In this document: in pieces, positions 50,640 through 63,545 of the stretch | Layout: every line of letters begins with the position of its first letter | How positions within the stretch are numbered: the first letter of the stretch is position 1 | From: Perna viridis | Taxonomy: Eukaryota | Assembly (NCBI GenBank): GCA_037379345.1 | Contig: CM074519.1 | Location: 19,246,103-19,310,102 of the forward strand | DNA length: 64,000 bases | Direction of reading: 5' to 3' | Notes under the pieces: generated by a model | Database searches by the model: none | Told to the model about the DNA's origin: nothing | What the model saw: the letters and a program-made list of their open reading frames with translations, nothing else | Program-made: the position numbers and the translations under genes

Positions 50640-52599
50640 CTATGATAGAAAGTACAGGAATATAGGTTTTTGTGGTAGCAATGTTTGTTATGAACGCAAA
50701 TGTTAAAATATCATTTTCATATTCTGATTTTGTTAATAGAGAGAACTATTATCATTCCGGATACCTCAAGAAAAGATTTGGGATAAATTTGAAAACAATT
50801 ATGTATGGTTGTTAAAGGAAATTAAGGCTTTTGGTTACTTATATTTAAACAAATTACCTTCTGATATGTCCGACATGTGTGCATTCATAGTAACTTACAA
50901 AATTGTTCTTATTTATATTGTTTAACATTGTATTTTAACAGCAGTGAAATTAATTCTTTTCCTTTCTTTATGAGTGTCATATCATTTAAACGCGATAAAA
51001 GACCCAGATTCAACAACAAACAATCGGCTTAACATCTGACAAAACAAGTCTAACAAGTCATACGCTACAAATGTTATGACGACCGAAAGTGCACTTTAAG
51101 AAATCTTTTTATGCTCGTGAGTGTACTCTATGTGGACCTACTTATAATGGTAAAACAAAGGATTGGTCAAACAAAAGAATGAGCGGTCATCGATTTGACA
51201 TCAATTACAACAATTTACAATTATAAAGAGTCATCATATTTATGTACACATTAATGAAGCTGACATTGATAGTTGGGATTCTTAAACAAAATATATCACC
51301 ACATGAACAGGCCATTTCATTTACAGAGAGAAGAAATCTGGCTTTGAGAGCTTGAGACCGGCTCCAACGAGAACATCTAAACTGTAGACAATCTATCTAA
51401 TCCCTGCTGTAGTTGTGTAAATGTGATGAATATTTTCAATAAAAGTCAACGTCGCAAAATAGTTATAGATATAGATCTTATAATACTCCATCCTTACGAC
51501 ACAATCGCTTATTCAAGGAAATGGGTTATTTATCAATTTGTTCCTACAGGGGCTACTACAGGCTATCCCAGTCTTTCAATTTCAGTTTCTGTCTTTTGAA
51601 GATGCATTATCTCTTAAAAATCCTTGTTTTAATAATTACGTACATCTAGGTAATCGAACGTTTACAAAAATCGTGAAGATTTCGACTTTCCAATAGTAAA
51701 CATTTTTGTCGAGCCTGTGATATGTATACGGTCGTTGACTGTAGAGCACGGATATTGTTAAATAAGCTTCTTAGTTAGAAATATGTTTAACCTTATTGGA
51801 GATCATTACAACAGAAGTTTAACGGTCGACATTTTACTGATGAGACAATATGTCTTCAATGGGTTTTTTCTGCCTTACCAAATTGAATACCTACCGAATT
51901 TGACCCGTACTCAAATAACTCCTTGGCATAGCTGTCAAAAGACCTAAGTCATATATTTCACTACATTAGTCTGTCAATTGCAATTGTAAATCAGACTACT
52001 ATCGTGTGAGGGCATTACCATTATACAAAGACACATTTCAGTTCATTTTTGGAACGATAATGTTTGGTCAGTTCGTTGTATAAAATTCACGATTAATTAC
52101 GGACGTTTTCAAATATATAGTTAATGCCATAATTTATGCTTTATATTGTATAATATTTATATAGTTTGTCTATTTCGGATAGCTCCTACTATTTTCACAT
52201 TATTAATTAAATATTGATATTTTATTTTTAATGTGAAAGAATTGACTTTGCATTTGACGGTATCCATGAATCGAGTCGGGTAGCTGCATCACTGACGAAT
52301 TCACAAAAAGTCGTAAGTGTGAAATTGATCGTAAATTATGACATCGCAACGCTATTTTCGGTTATGACATCATTACTTAAGATCAGCTTTACTCTTATGA
52401 CCTTTTTAGAATTCGACACCTGAATCGCTGCCTTGTCTTTATTAGTCACATTCCATGTTTTGGGTAAGTGGCCATAGTTTTTCTTGGATGAAAATTCAAA
52501 AAGGAAGAAATACGCATATCAACTACCATTAAATTCTATCCAGTAGTAACATAAAAAAGCAAAAAACTCCAACAAAAGGCTTATCAACAGTAATTTGTG

Positions 52600-53062
52600 C
52601 AGAATACTTTAAGGAACAATTATACCAACTTTAATTGAATTAGTTTGTCTCGTAATTACTGAGAAGAAGATTTTTCAAGGTGATTTGATAAAATAAACAA
52701 CAAATAAGTCCATAAAGGGCAATAACTCCAACGTGGGTCATAAGTTTTTCACCAAAATTTGGCTAAAAATAGATCTCATTATGTTGAACACTTTTGTTAC
52801 AATCAGAATTTGGTTTAATCTAATGGTTTTAAGATATATGCGAAAACCTATATCTTTCCCCATTTATTCTTTATTAGTAATGGTTGCCATGTTTTAATGG
52901 GTAAAACATCGAAGCATATACTTTGTACAGGATTCCGTATCGTCGAATCACGTCGAAGTTTACTAAATTCTGTCCAGTGGTTCCATATGAGATGTTCGAA
53001 GTAAAGGTAACGACGGCAAGTGATGGCAATTGCTCACCTGACATATGTCTATGTGAGCAAAG
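52600..53062 (-). mobile_element. Helentron-associated non-autonomous element (HINE) fragment
   Basis: Ends GCTCACCTGACATATGTCTATGTGAGCAAAGAAA, the reverse of the 1456-type terminus. The body contains AAAGGGCAATAACTCCAAC, the reverse complement of GTTGGAGTTATTGCCC near 1790. Confidence 0.6.
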
Positions 53063-53685
53063 AAAGGTTTTAGACTTGCAATTTGTAGTTCTTTTAAAAC
53101 AGGATATCTATATCTTCAATAACTTAGCTTAATACTCTGTTGCCCAACAACGCCCCCCCCCCAAAAAAAAAATAAAAATGTGAAATTTCGATACCTGGAA
53201 TGGCATTTTTTCTATGTTTAGTTGAAAAAACACAATTTTGTTACAATCTATTACAAAAGTAAAATGCATCGTCTAAAAGCAATTATTTGAAGTTGCATGT
53301 CGAAATTCACAAAATACGAAAGGAAACTGAGATGTAGAATTTGTTTATTTTTCACAATTTTTGCAATAATATATTGTTTGTATATTGTAAGGTCATACTT
53401 TTATATTCACATTTATCTTGTTTTGAAAAAATAAAAATAATTCCAAAATTCACCGCGTAGTATACTTTGAATATTTTTTGATACCTTGCAATAATTACCA
53501 TTTGAAAAAAAACAGATAACTTCTCATTCTATAGATAATAATCAAGTTTAAAGATGTAGTCTCGAAAATGCCGCCGGTGATAGGAACTGGGGAGTATCTG
53601 GCTCATTGACTATTTAGAAATAAAGACAGAGCTACATCAAAACAACTATATCGGAGTGTCTAATCGGTGTCTTACTTATATCATT

Positions 53686-53775
53686 TTGTAATAAGGTTTG
53701 GACCTAATCGATGACTTACTGATATCGTTTTTTAATAAGGTTTGGACCTAATCGATGACTTACTGATATAATTTT
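53686..53775. repeat. 44-bp tandem duplication
   Basis: TAATAAGGTTTGGACCTAATCGATGACTTACTGATAT occurs twice. Confidence 0.9.
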
Positions 53776-56700
53776 TTAATAACATTGTCATAATTGGACA
53801 TGGTTTGTTGAGAAGTCAGTCATAATGACAACAATTTTGTTCCGAAGAACCCTCATTGGCCTCCGTAAAATTTCTAGCGCCAGAAAGTGTCAAAAAGTGA
53901 TATTTTTGCGCTACTAAGCCAAAACTTTAAAACATTTGATGAGTATACTACCCTCTCAACGATTTGAATTGTAAGTCATTTTCCTTCAATAGACATAATT
54001 TCAATTACTTTTTGTTAAATGCAATCTACAGCATTACCTAGAATGATGGTTCCAATAATGAAATCACACCTTTTTCCGGGTAAAATCATTTTATGAAGCA
54101 ACTGAAAATACAAGATGATTTATTACCAAACGTTATCTTTTCTTTTTTTTTTTTTTTTTGGTAAACAGTTTTTTTTTTTTTTTTTTTTTCAATACAATTG
54201 TATAGTGGTTACAAATTCACCAAATCATACTTTTATGTGATCATTCCTGTCAAAGTAAAAACTAAAGATATATAGAAACTGTGATATATGAGGTATAGTG
54301 TAATAAAATAAATGAAATGACAATACAATGTCTTGAAAAATCTAGAAAACATATTTACTCTTTCTATTAATATTCTTTAACTGTAACGTATTAATAGTTT
54401 TAAAGGTCCACTGTTAAAACTAAACTGAAAAGATATACCTGACTGTCTTTAATACGACAGATTAAAGAAGCACCATTCCTCAAATAGTTTGATTTCTATC
54501 AAACTGATATCGATTGTTCGAACTTTGAAGAGTTTCTTTAATGGTTTACCAATGGAAACTCTTCTGATCTTGTATTTACATTTTCCGAGTTAAAACTATT
54601 GATTTAACTGTCAATAGTGTAGACAAATGACCTGTTACATAATTCAAACGAGCATAAAACAGCTAAACGGAAACTTTGTGTCTTTAACTTTCTGCTTACG
54701 CTTTCTGCTTCCTTTTAATAAAATTATGAAACAACACTTACTAATATTTAGTCTTCTGGCCATGGAACCTACAGTAATTTCTTGTACAAAGTATTAATCG
54801 TTCATGACTTCAAAAGATGGCACCTAAGCCTGAATTATGTTCCGGTTCAATCAAAGCTGGTAACAACATTTATAATGTAAACTAAGACAAAAACAAAACA
54901 AACAATGCAGTATACAGAATGCTTATCATGAGAAATTGAGCTAACACATTTAAAACAAAAATCTGAAGAGGTTGCCATAGTAGAGTCAGAACTCTCTCTG
55001 GTTCTTGAAATATGACCGAGTCTGGTAAAATTAAAGGACAGAATCGGCTGAGAAGATTGACAAACGATACCGTCATTAATTGCATGGTATTGACCCGAGT
55101 ATCTATGATACTCACTATCTGTTCTTTTTCCTTATCGTGATCAAGATACTATTTTCAATTTGGTGTATGTGTCTGTTTTTCCTCTCTAGTCTTTGTCCTA
55201 ACGTTTTCTCTCGAATTTTGGTTTCCTTGATTACTTTTCAAATACCGACAATATAATTAGCATTCATATTAAAATCAAAATAAACTAAATTCATATTCAC
55301 ATTTTTAAAGGAAATGCATTTATGATCTGTTATTGGAATAGAAACGATTGCGAGCACTTGAAGTTCACCATACTCTGACTTTTGTTTTACCCTTACGAGC
55401 AACAGCATCCATTTTTAGTTCTAGCGGTTGTAAATCATAACTTAATCATAACCATAATTAATAGGTCCAAATGTATTGCAGGAATATTTTACATTTAAAC
55501 ACATAAGCTAAGACGTTAACGAATATAATCGCAACAGACAACATCAATTCTAAAAAGATAATGACAGCCTTTTGCTTACTATCTTTGAAAGGTTATGCTT
55601 CGATTTGGATAAATCAATTGGAAATAGCAGGTAGAACAGCGGAGAAAGATACCAACGAACATATATACATACTACTTTTCCCTACCTTTATTCATTTCGT
55701 TCTTTGTTAAGAAAGAAAAGTTTTAATACCATAGTCTTTTACTTTACATATTTGCACGTTTGGTTAAAGAAAATATTTTTTTTTCCGTAACATTACTTCT
55801 TTCGTTTTATATATTAGTGAAAATTAAGGAAGACACATATAATTATCACATAGCACACACCGGTACGCGGTGCTAGATAAATACATGCAAAATATTGTAG
55901 AAAAAATCTTTCCACTTTCCTTAAGTACTCATTTAGCCATTAAAACGTATGGGTTAAGATTAATTCTAAGATGAAGTTGGAGGATGTAAATTTCCAGTTG
56001 ATACCAAACTTACCTGTTTTGCTTTGCTTCTGAAATGTAAATAGAAACCAAATGTTGTTAAGGCCTATCTTATCGCCGAACGAAACTTAATATTCAATAA
56101 ATAAATAAACGATTAATATTCTTCTTGCGTCTTTTTTTTTTGTGTGTGTGTTACCATGAAATCTGCTTTGATCTAGTCATTGTGTGTCTTTCCAGTATGG
56201 ATTATTTATTGGCTGACATCCAAAAACTGTTGAGTGCGTGACAATAAAGTTGATTTATCATGGCATGTGTATTAGCCTCGGTTTCTGCAAACTTCCGATA
56301 GGTATACATTTTTAGTATATAGGCGTACTTGTTTTACATTGAAATCAGATGTACGCTTTATCCGGACATTAATTTCCCATTACAAACCAAATGACACTCG
56401 ATATCACTACCATCACAGGTTTCTGCATAATATAGACTTTTCTGATGTTGAAAGGGGACAAAAGCTTAATACAACACACAATCTAACAATTGACCGTAAA
56501 AGTTGTCTTATCAATATCATGTCTATTTTGAATTAGATATGAGATGGTATGTCCGCCATTACAATAGGCAAAATTGACAATGAAACTATATACAGTACAT
56601 AGTTATTTCTCATGAAAAGTACAAAATACGTCATAGAACCAATGTTTAATCGGTATTAAATGTCAAATGTATATGTTCTTTCTACAAACATATTAGTCAG

Positions 56701-56852
56701 ATTTTTTTGTCATTGGCCTTACATGCAACTATTTGGGAAAAAACGTGGACCTGTGACGAAATTTTCAATTCGGTAAAAAAAAACAAATTTTATTCGTAAG
56801 AAAATATTAAAGAGGGACAAAGTAAAACAAATATAACTTTGTTATTGTAATT

Positions 56853-59800
56853 TGTGATGTATTTAAGTTTATAACAACACAACTTGTTGGTTACATGGTT
56901 TATAAAAAACTAAAGTCTAATCAGTACATTTGCCGACTATAGCAAAACAGACAAGAAAGAATCTAACCCTTACTTTGATCGGCATGTCTTCTCCAAATTG
57001 CACCGTCAGAAGTTTTAACATCGTACATTAACGGACCCGATCTATTAACAATTTCTGCCGTTTTCCATTTCTCTTCTCCTCTGTAATTTCTTATGTTTAC
57101 TTTTTCACCACCGTCAAAGTTTCTCAGTTTCCTTTTCCTGCAAACGATTTCTTAAATTGATTATCATCTACATAACCTTTAATGTCAGGTTTAAGCAAAT
57201 CCAAGCGGGTACGGATGTTGCGTCCCAAATACAATTTTGCGGGAGTTTCATTTGTTTTGCTGTGTGGCGTGTTTCGGTAAGTTATCAGAAAGTTAGCCAG
57301 TTTTACATTTAGTGAAATTGATTGAGACGACATGGCACCCAAACTTTGTTTCATAGTTTGAATGAACCTTTCAGCCAATCCGTTGGTAGCGGGGTGATAC
57401 GGTGCGGAGCGATAGTGTTTGATACCATTTGATAGAACAAATTTTCGAAATTCATCTGACACAAATTGTGGAACATTATCGCTGACAATTTGCTTTGGAA
57501 TTCCGTTTCTGGAAAATACTTCTCTTAAGATTTCAATTGTTTGTTTCGACGAAGTCGATTTCATTATAAAAACCTTAACCCACTTAGAATGTGCATCGAC
57601 TATTACTAGAAACATAGTGTTCATAAAAGGTCCTGCAAAGTCAATGTGTATTCTTTCATACGGTGAGGTAGGCCATTCCCACGGGTGCAATGGCGCAGCT
57701 TGTGGATTCTTCGCGAACATCTGGCATCCTTTACATTGTTTAGCTAAATGTTCAATATCGGCCACCACACATAGCTTCTTGCAATAGCTTTCATTTGTAC
57801 AACACCAGGGTGTCCTGAATGTAGCATTTCCAACACTTCATTTCTAACTTTAACCGGAATAACGACATGTATTCCCCATTGTATACATCCTTGGTACACA
57901 GTAAGCTCATCACGACGTGTATATTATGCTTGAAAAAATTTCGTCTGGTTTTGTCCATCCTGTCATAATGAACTCGGTATCTTTAGTGTCCTCTGAATTT
58001 TCATACGGCAGTCGCAACAACCCATCAGCATTCTGGTGAAGTTCAGTGTTTTTGTATTCAATATCATAATCATAGCCAGTAAGAAATATTGCAAAACGCT
58101 GAAGTCGGGCAGCTGTAGCTGACGAAATGCCCTTTTTAGGGTTGAAAATGGACACAAGAGGCATATGATCAGTTATCAATGTAAAATGTCTACCAAATAC
58201 GTATGTGTGGAATTTCTTGACTCCACAAATGATTGCAGTCGCTTCTTTGTCGATTTGAGAACGGTTTTGCTCAGATCATGTCAGTGTATGAGATACAAAT
58301 GCTAACGGACGCTCAGTTCCATCTTCCATGATATGTGAAATGACGGCTCCAACACAGAATGGCGAAGCATCGCAAGCAAGACGGATCGGTTTCTTTGGAT
58401 CATGATGACAAAGTACTAAGTCAAATGTCACTAGTTTTTTCGCTTCGAGAAATGCAGACTCGCATTGCTTATCCCAGCTCCATTTTCTATCTTTTTCAAG
58501 CAGTCGAGTTAACGGTTTAACCACTGTTGAAATGTTAGGTAAGAATCGGTGATAATAATTTATCAATCCAAGGAAAGCTCTAAGCTTAGTAGTATTCTCA
58601 GGTGTTGGAGTGTTTAGCACTGATTCAACTTTATCTGACATTTCATGTAATCCCCTTGAATCTATAACGTGGCCACAATATTCCATACTCTCTTTGAAAA
58701 AATGACACTTATCAAGATTGGCTCTTAGATTATATTCACTTAATCGTTTCAACATATTCTCAAGGTTAGCAAGATGTTCCTCCTCGGTTTCACCTGTGAC
58801 TATCATGTCATCAAGGACGCATTGAACACCACTTAATCCACATAGAATTTGATCAATTGTGCGCTGCCAAATTGCGGGTGCAGACGCTACACAAAAACAC
58901 ATGCGTGTATAGCGGAATATTCCCAAGCTTGTGCATATTGTGAGATATTTCTGATGATCTTCATCGACCTCCAACTGTAGGTATGCATTTCGTAAATCGA
59001 TTTTAGAAAACCTCGTCCCCCTGCTAATGATGCAAAGATATCTTCAATTTTAGGTAACGGATATTGATCCACTGCAAGTTGGGGGTTCACTGTGACCTTA
59101 AAGTCACCACAAATACGAACATTTTTTCCATCTTCCTTCATTACCGGGACAATCGGTGTTGCCCACTCACTATTTTTCACTGATTTGATTATTCTTTTTT
59201 CTTCGAGATTTCGTAATTCCTGTTCAATTTTCGGTTTCAAGGCGTAAGGAACTGGTCGGGCCTTACAGAATTTTGGACAACTGTCTGGTTTGAAATTAAA
59301 CTTAGCTGTCATACCTTTCACTTTACTTAGTCCTTCATCAAATACGGTCAGATATGCTTTCAGCATTTGTTCCAACGACCTTGGCGGTGTCAAATCGACG
59401 ATGTTATTCAACGATTTAAGCGATTTCCAGTCTAGTTGAATCGATTGGAGCCATTCACGACCAAATAGCGGGTGACAACCAGCTTTCACAAAAGTCACGC
59501 TCAGTTATTACTGATAGTGCGGAACCGGTGTCTAGTTCCATCTTAATTGATTTTTCACCGACAATAGGTTCAATCCAGATAGGGTTTACACTTTTATTTC
59601 TAACTGTGTTGATGTCGAGATTGTCAAGTTCATGAGTTAAGTCATCTTCGCCTATCGCATGAACTGGTATCCGTCGTGGTTGAAAAGACCTCTGTCTCTC
59701 GGTGGACTTGCAAGCCTTCTGGATATGACTCTTCTTTTTATACTTGAAGCAAGTTGCATCTATGAATCTGCACTCATTTTGCACGATGATTAAATCCATT

Positions 59801-60639
59801 ACATCTATAGCACTTGGACCCTGTTTGTTTTTGAGAACTTTGTTTGAATGACTGATTGCGTTCAGTTTATTTAGTCCAACTGTTTCTCGTGTTCGGAGTT
59901 GGTCAGCATCTTTTGCGGCTGTTTCCATTGCCAATGCAATTTCCATTGCTTTCTGAAGAGTCAATCCTGCTTCAGACAACAGTCTCTTTTTGGTGGTTCT
60001 TTAATCCACACACTAACTGGTCTCTCAAAGTATTGTTTAAATCTTGAAATCCACAATGTTTAGTTAACTTCCGTAGTGCGGCCATGTAGGCATTTACATT
60101 TTCGCCTTCTTGTTGGGTACGCTGTCGAAATCGATGTCTCTGCAATTTGAAGAGGCTCTGGAGGCAAATGATCTTTCAGAATCTTAACAATGTCTTTGTA
60201 TGTTTTTTCCGCGGGTTTCTATGGGCTAGTCAGGTTTCTCATTAAGGTATAAGTTTTACCTCCGATAAGAATAAGTAATGCAGCTACTTTCACGTCATTT
60301 TCTATTTTGTTCACTTTAAAGTACTGTTCAACTCTTTCCACATACGATTCCCATGATTCAATACTCTCTTCAAAAGCTTCAATCTTTCCAATGTAACCAG
60401 CCATTATACTTTTATTCAATCGAACCACAAACGTCTCGCAGAAATTATTCGGAGAAGTTTGCTGAATTCGTGAACATTTCACTTAAAATCCTCGTCGCCA
60501 GAAATTGTGATGTATTTAAGTTTATAACAACACAACTTGTTGGTTACATGATTTATAAAAAACTAAAGTCTAATCTGTACATTTTCAGACTATAGCAAAA
60601 CAGACAAGAAAGAATCTAACCCTAACTTAACCCTTAGCA
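56853..60639 (-). mobile_element. Ty3/Gypsy LTR retrotransposon (Mag-like / K02A2.6-like), degenerate
   Basis: 5' LTR 60506-60639 and truncated 3' LTR 56853-56970 (4 mismatches in 118 bp). TSD TAATT at 56848-56852 and 60640-60644. Gag starts MAGYIGKIEAF at 60404; protease MELDTGSALS; RT VRICGDFK..LDDMIV; RNase H LACDASP; integrase ERIHIDFAGPF..PYHPATNGLAER. Order PR-RT-RH-IN, with multiple frameshifts. Confidence 0.95.
60488..60500 (-). promoter_or_regulatory. Primer-binding site TGGCGACGAGGAT (tRNA-Ser(GCU)-complementary)
   Basis: Lies 5 nt inside the 5' LTR and is complementary to the recalled 3' end AUCCUCGUCGCCA of metazoan tRNA-Ser(GCU). Confidence 0.75.
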
Positions 60640-61069
60640 TAATTCATTGATAAGTAACTGAGACACATTATTGAAACTGTCATTATAATTTGAAAGTGTT
60701 AAATGATAAGGATGCTGTGGTTTATAATACGATAACAAACTGGTTAATGTTTTCTAAAGTACTTAACATAAATAACTAATAGCACCACACAAAATATATG
60801 TAGTCCAGTAAAGTTCAGAGTGCCAATTAATTCATTGATCCAACTTTTTGTATGCTGGTCCACACCTTTGTATGGCAATGTATATTAATAAATTCAAATC
60901 ATACAAAAAACTAAGAATTAATTACCATAAAACAGAATATTTTTCGAAGTGATAACTGTGAATCGCATGGGGTTAGTGGGCACCCAGTAATGCGACACAT
61001 ATTTTTTGCAAATTGCTTATTGACCTTTATTGTAATTCCGAAGATATTGGTTGTAAAACGGAAGAAATA

Positions 61070-61230
61070 AGCTCTTTCACTCGTCATCTATTACTGATCT
61101 GGGATTTCTTCCACTTGCATGAGGAATTCTTCGTCTTTTCACTCGTTCCGCTACGCTCCACTTGTCAAAAGACGGATATTGCTGACACTCGTGCAAGAAA
61201 TCTCAGATCTGCAATAGAGACTCGTGTTAG
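61070..61230. repeat. Long imperfect palindrome (hairpin-type element, possibly Crypton-derived)
   Basis: GATCTGGGATTTCTT...CGTCTTTT pairs with AAAAGACG...AAGAAATCTCAGATC around the centre TCGTTCCGCTACGCTCCACT. Confidence 0.55.
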
Positions 61231-62829
61231 AACCTACTATTCTGCAAGCGAACAGCAAGGTAACAGTTGAATGTTTTAATTTTATATTGACCGAAACGTA
61301 CTCGATGATGTTTGTTGTGGTGGTTTGGGGTTGTGTGCTTTTGTTTTGTTTTGTTTTCGGTCTTTCTTAACTTCTTAAAAGTCAATTGTCTAAACAATTA
61401 TATGTTTAAATTAGGAATCTCTCTGATATAACTATGCCAAAATAAGAACAGAACTGACAAGTTTGTGAATGAAAGCTTCAAGAGGCTGCCCATGTGAAAA
61501 TCAGGCAGATCCTTTGGTATGGTTAGCACATGATTAATTTTACCCTAACCAAAGTTGGTTTTAATGTGGATACAATCGACTTCGACAAATCATATTTATT
61601 TGACAATCCACATAATTTATTTCACTTAATATCAAATGCTTTATCAAGTACGAAACTATGAGGCAGACAATTCATATATGGCGTGAATCAATTTTCTACA
61701 TACTGAACTGATAAAATAGCAAAACAGGAAAATGTGCCAAAATAAGGTTTTAATTCCTGATAACGTCATTGTTGTATTTACATTGAAAATAACCTCAAAA
61801 CAGTGGACTTGTTATGACACATATTGGGTTTGTCATTACATTGGCATGTTCGAGATTTAAAGATCTTTCTTTTTTACATGCAAGTATTCAGACTATGATT
61901 TGCCAAATCTTATGATGAAAGTGATGTAGATCGCCGATGATCCCGTTCTGGTCCATTTAGAAAACGTGCATGTATTAAGTTTGAAAATTTAGTTACAGTT
62001 ATTTAACATAACTTTGTTATTACTGATAATGTTGTTAATATATACTTGACAGTGGTTATTTTTGAAACAATTGCACTATTATTGTGTTCCCTTTTTCGTT
62101 ATATTTATATGCGCACAAACTGTTTTTGTTATTGTATAATTATCTATATCATTTTGAGTACAACCCTTGAACGTGGCTTTGATGAACAGAGAAATGCTCT
62201 TGATTAAGAGAGAAATATGGTTACTGTTACATATACATGTGAAAATTGTTTCAAATATGTTAACGTGACATCTGTAGATAATAAGACTAAATATTCTTAA
62301 AGATTCCTACAACTAGGAAGTGTTGCTAATGAAAAAATCAGTTATCTATCTGTCCCGCAAACCTATCAGTCAATATTCTGTCAAGAAATAGCTTTTATCC
62401 AATAATATAAATATTATCAAAATTTGGAAATATTCAGGTGATAAAAGTTAATGTTTTTTATCCAATTAACATATCACATTTATGGACCCGATTTACAAAA
62501 GGAGGACTAACCCGACTCCGACAATTTGGACCTCATACAAATGTGAATCATTTATGATATTACGTTAAATAATGAATTCACTAATTTATTTATTAACAAG
62601 CTTTCTGGTTTTTTTCCCAAATATGTAATTACTGGATAAAAATCATTCTCATGGTGTCAACGGGACCGGCCATACATCATGTTACCCCTTCCCGTTTGGA
62701 CCCGCCTATGTTTAAAAGAGTTATTTTCTCTGGCTCCATATGAATTATTACATAGTAAATAACGGTATTGCCAATATCATATCTATTGCAAAAATTATAT
62801 TTTGTAGCATTTAGGTACTTAAGTACTTC

Positions 62830-63196
62830 TCTGTCTAAGAATCAGGCACAATGTATAAGGCGTGGTACATGAAGAAAATACAGAGATATTTTTTTGCATT
62901 ATCCAATTTTTTATACTTCATAACCTCAAGAAATAACTGTCAAAGTGTTTGTAAAGTTTGTGTTTTCAAGATATTGATAAGTCAAATTTACTTGAAATGC
63001 ACTATTGAAAAATGCAGTAAAATTTTCCCGAACTTTTTCCTTATATAAGCAGTCAAAAAAATCTACGTCACCAATGCTTCAGGAGAAATTTCAATAGCTT
63101 AATAGTAGTTTTCTAGATGTATTTGAATATGTTTCAGGCAAAAAAGACTAAATTGAGAATTATGATGTACCACCCCTTGCCAGATTCTTACACAGA
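62830..63196. mobile_element. MITE with 19-bp TIRs (family of 10270-10650)
   Basis: TCTGTCTAAGAATCAGGCA versus TGCCAGATTCTTACACAGA (17 of 19 match as inverted repeats). Confidence 0.7.
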
Positions 63197-63545
63197 ATGG
63201 TATTTTTAAGCGTTAAAGGCATGGAACGAATACGAATTGATGAGAAATAAAACCGAAATGATTTTTACCGACCAGCAGCATAAAAGATGCTCATCTTTAT
63301 ATTCGTCGTATTTGGTCTTTGACATTCAGGATTTCGACTCACAGATCAATTTAGAAGTACACAGATAAAATACAAACAAATATTCTTTGTGACAAAAACG
63401 TACCTATCTCATTTTACTTGACAAGCAAACCAGTGGTAGTTAAGGTATATCTTATCACAGAACGAAACACTTAAAACGTAAATCGATAGATAAAAATTTA
63501 CCCGGTAAACGATTGAATAAATATAAGTATGTGCTAAATTTTAAG

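Larger units (their letters stand above)
24719..54763 (-). pseudogene. Giant uncharacterised secreted protein gene (about 3,200 aa; Cys-rich/EGF-like N-terminus + tandem FN3/Ig-like repeats), disrupted in this assembly
   Basis: Manually spliced GT-AG exons, 5' to 3': 54763-54700 (or 54742; tentative start), 50639-50553, 50193-50081, 49143-49014, 48439-48176, about 46629-46506, 43826-42674, 42024-40827, 39976-38626, 37849-37186, 36775-36659, 36072-35768, 35387-35265, 34451-34295, 34125-33942, 33364-31762, 29575-28304, 27443-26931, 24987-24719. Phases agree at every junction except the 46629 acceptor. Recurrent motif D.TPP..G.V....DIDY.....W.GF.D.ESGI..Y...VGTSPG..DV..F. Lesions: TGA 50125-50123, frameshifts near 39328 and 32537, TAA 28985-28983. 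Minus-strand AATAAA at 24608-24603. Confidence 0.8.

Noticed and set aside
50857-50890. Possible small exon with donor GAAG|GTAATT as the start of the giant gene
   Set aside because: It encodes MNAHMSDISE with no hydrophobic core, a poorer fit than the 54763 candidate.
57419-57787. 122-aa plus-strand ORF
   Set aside because: Antisense shadow of the Gypsy integrase.
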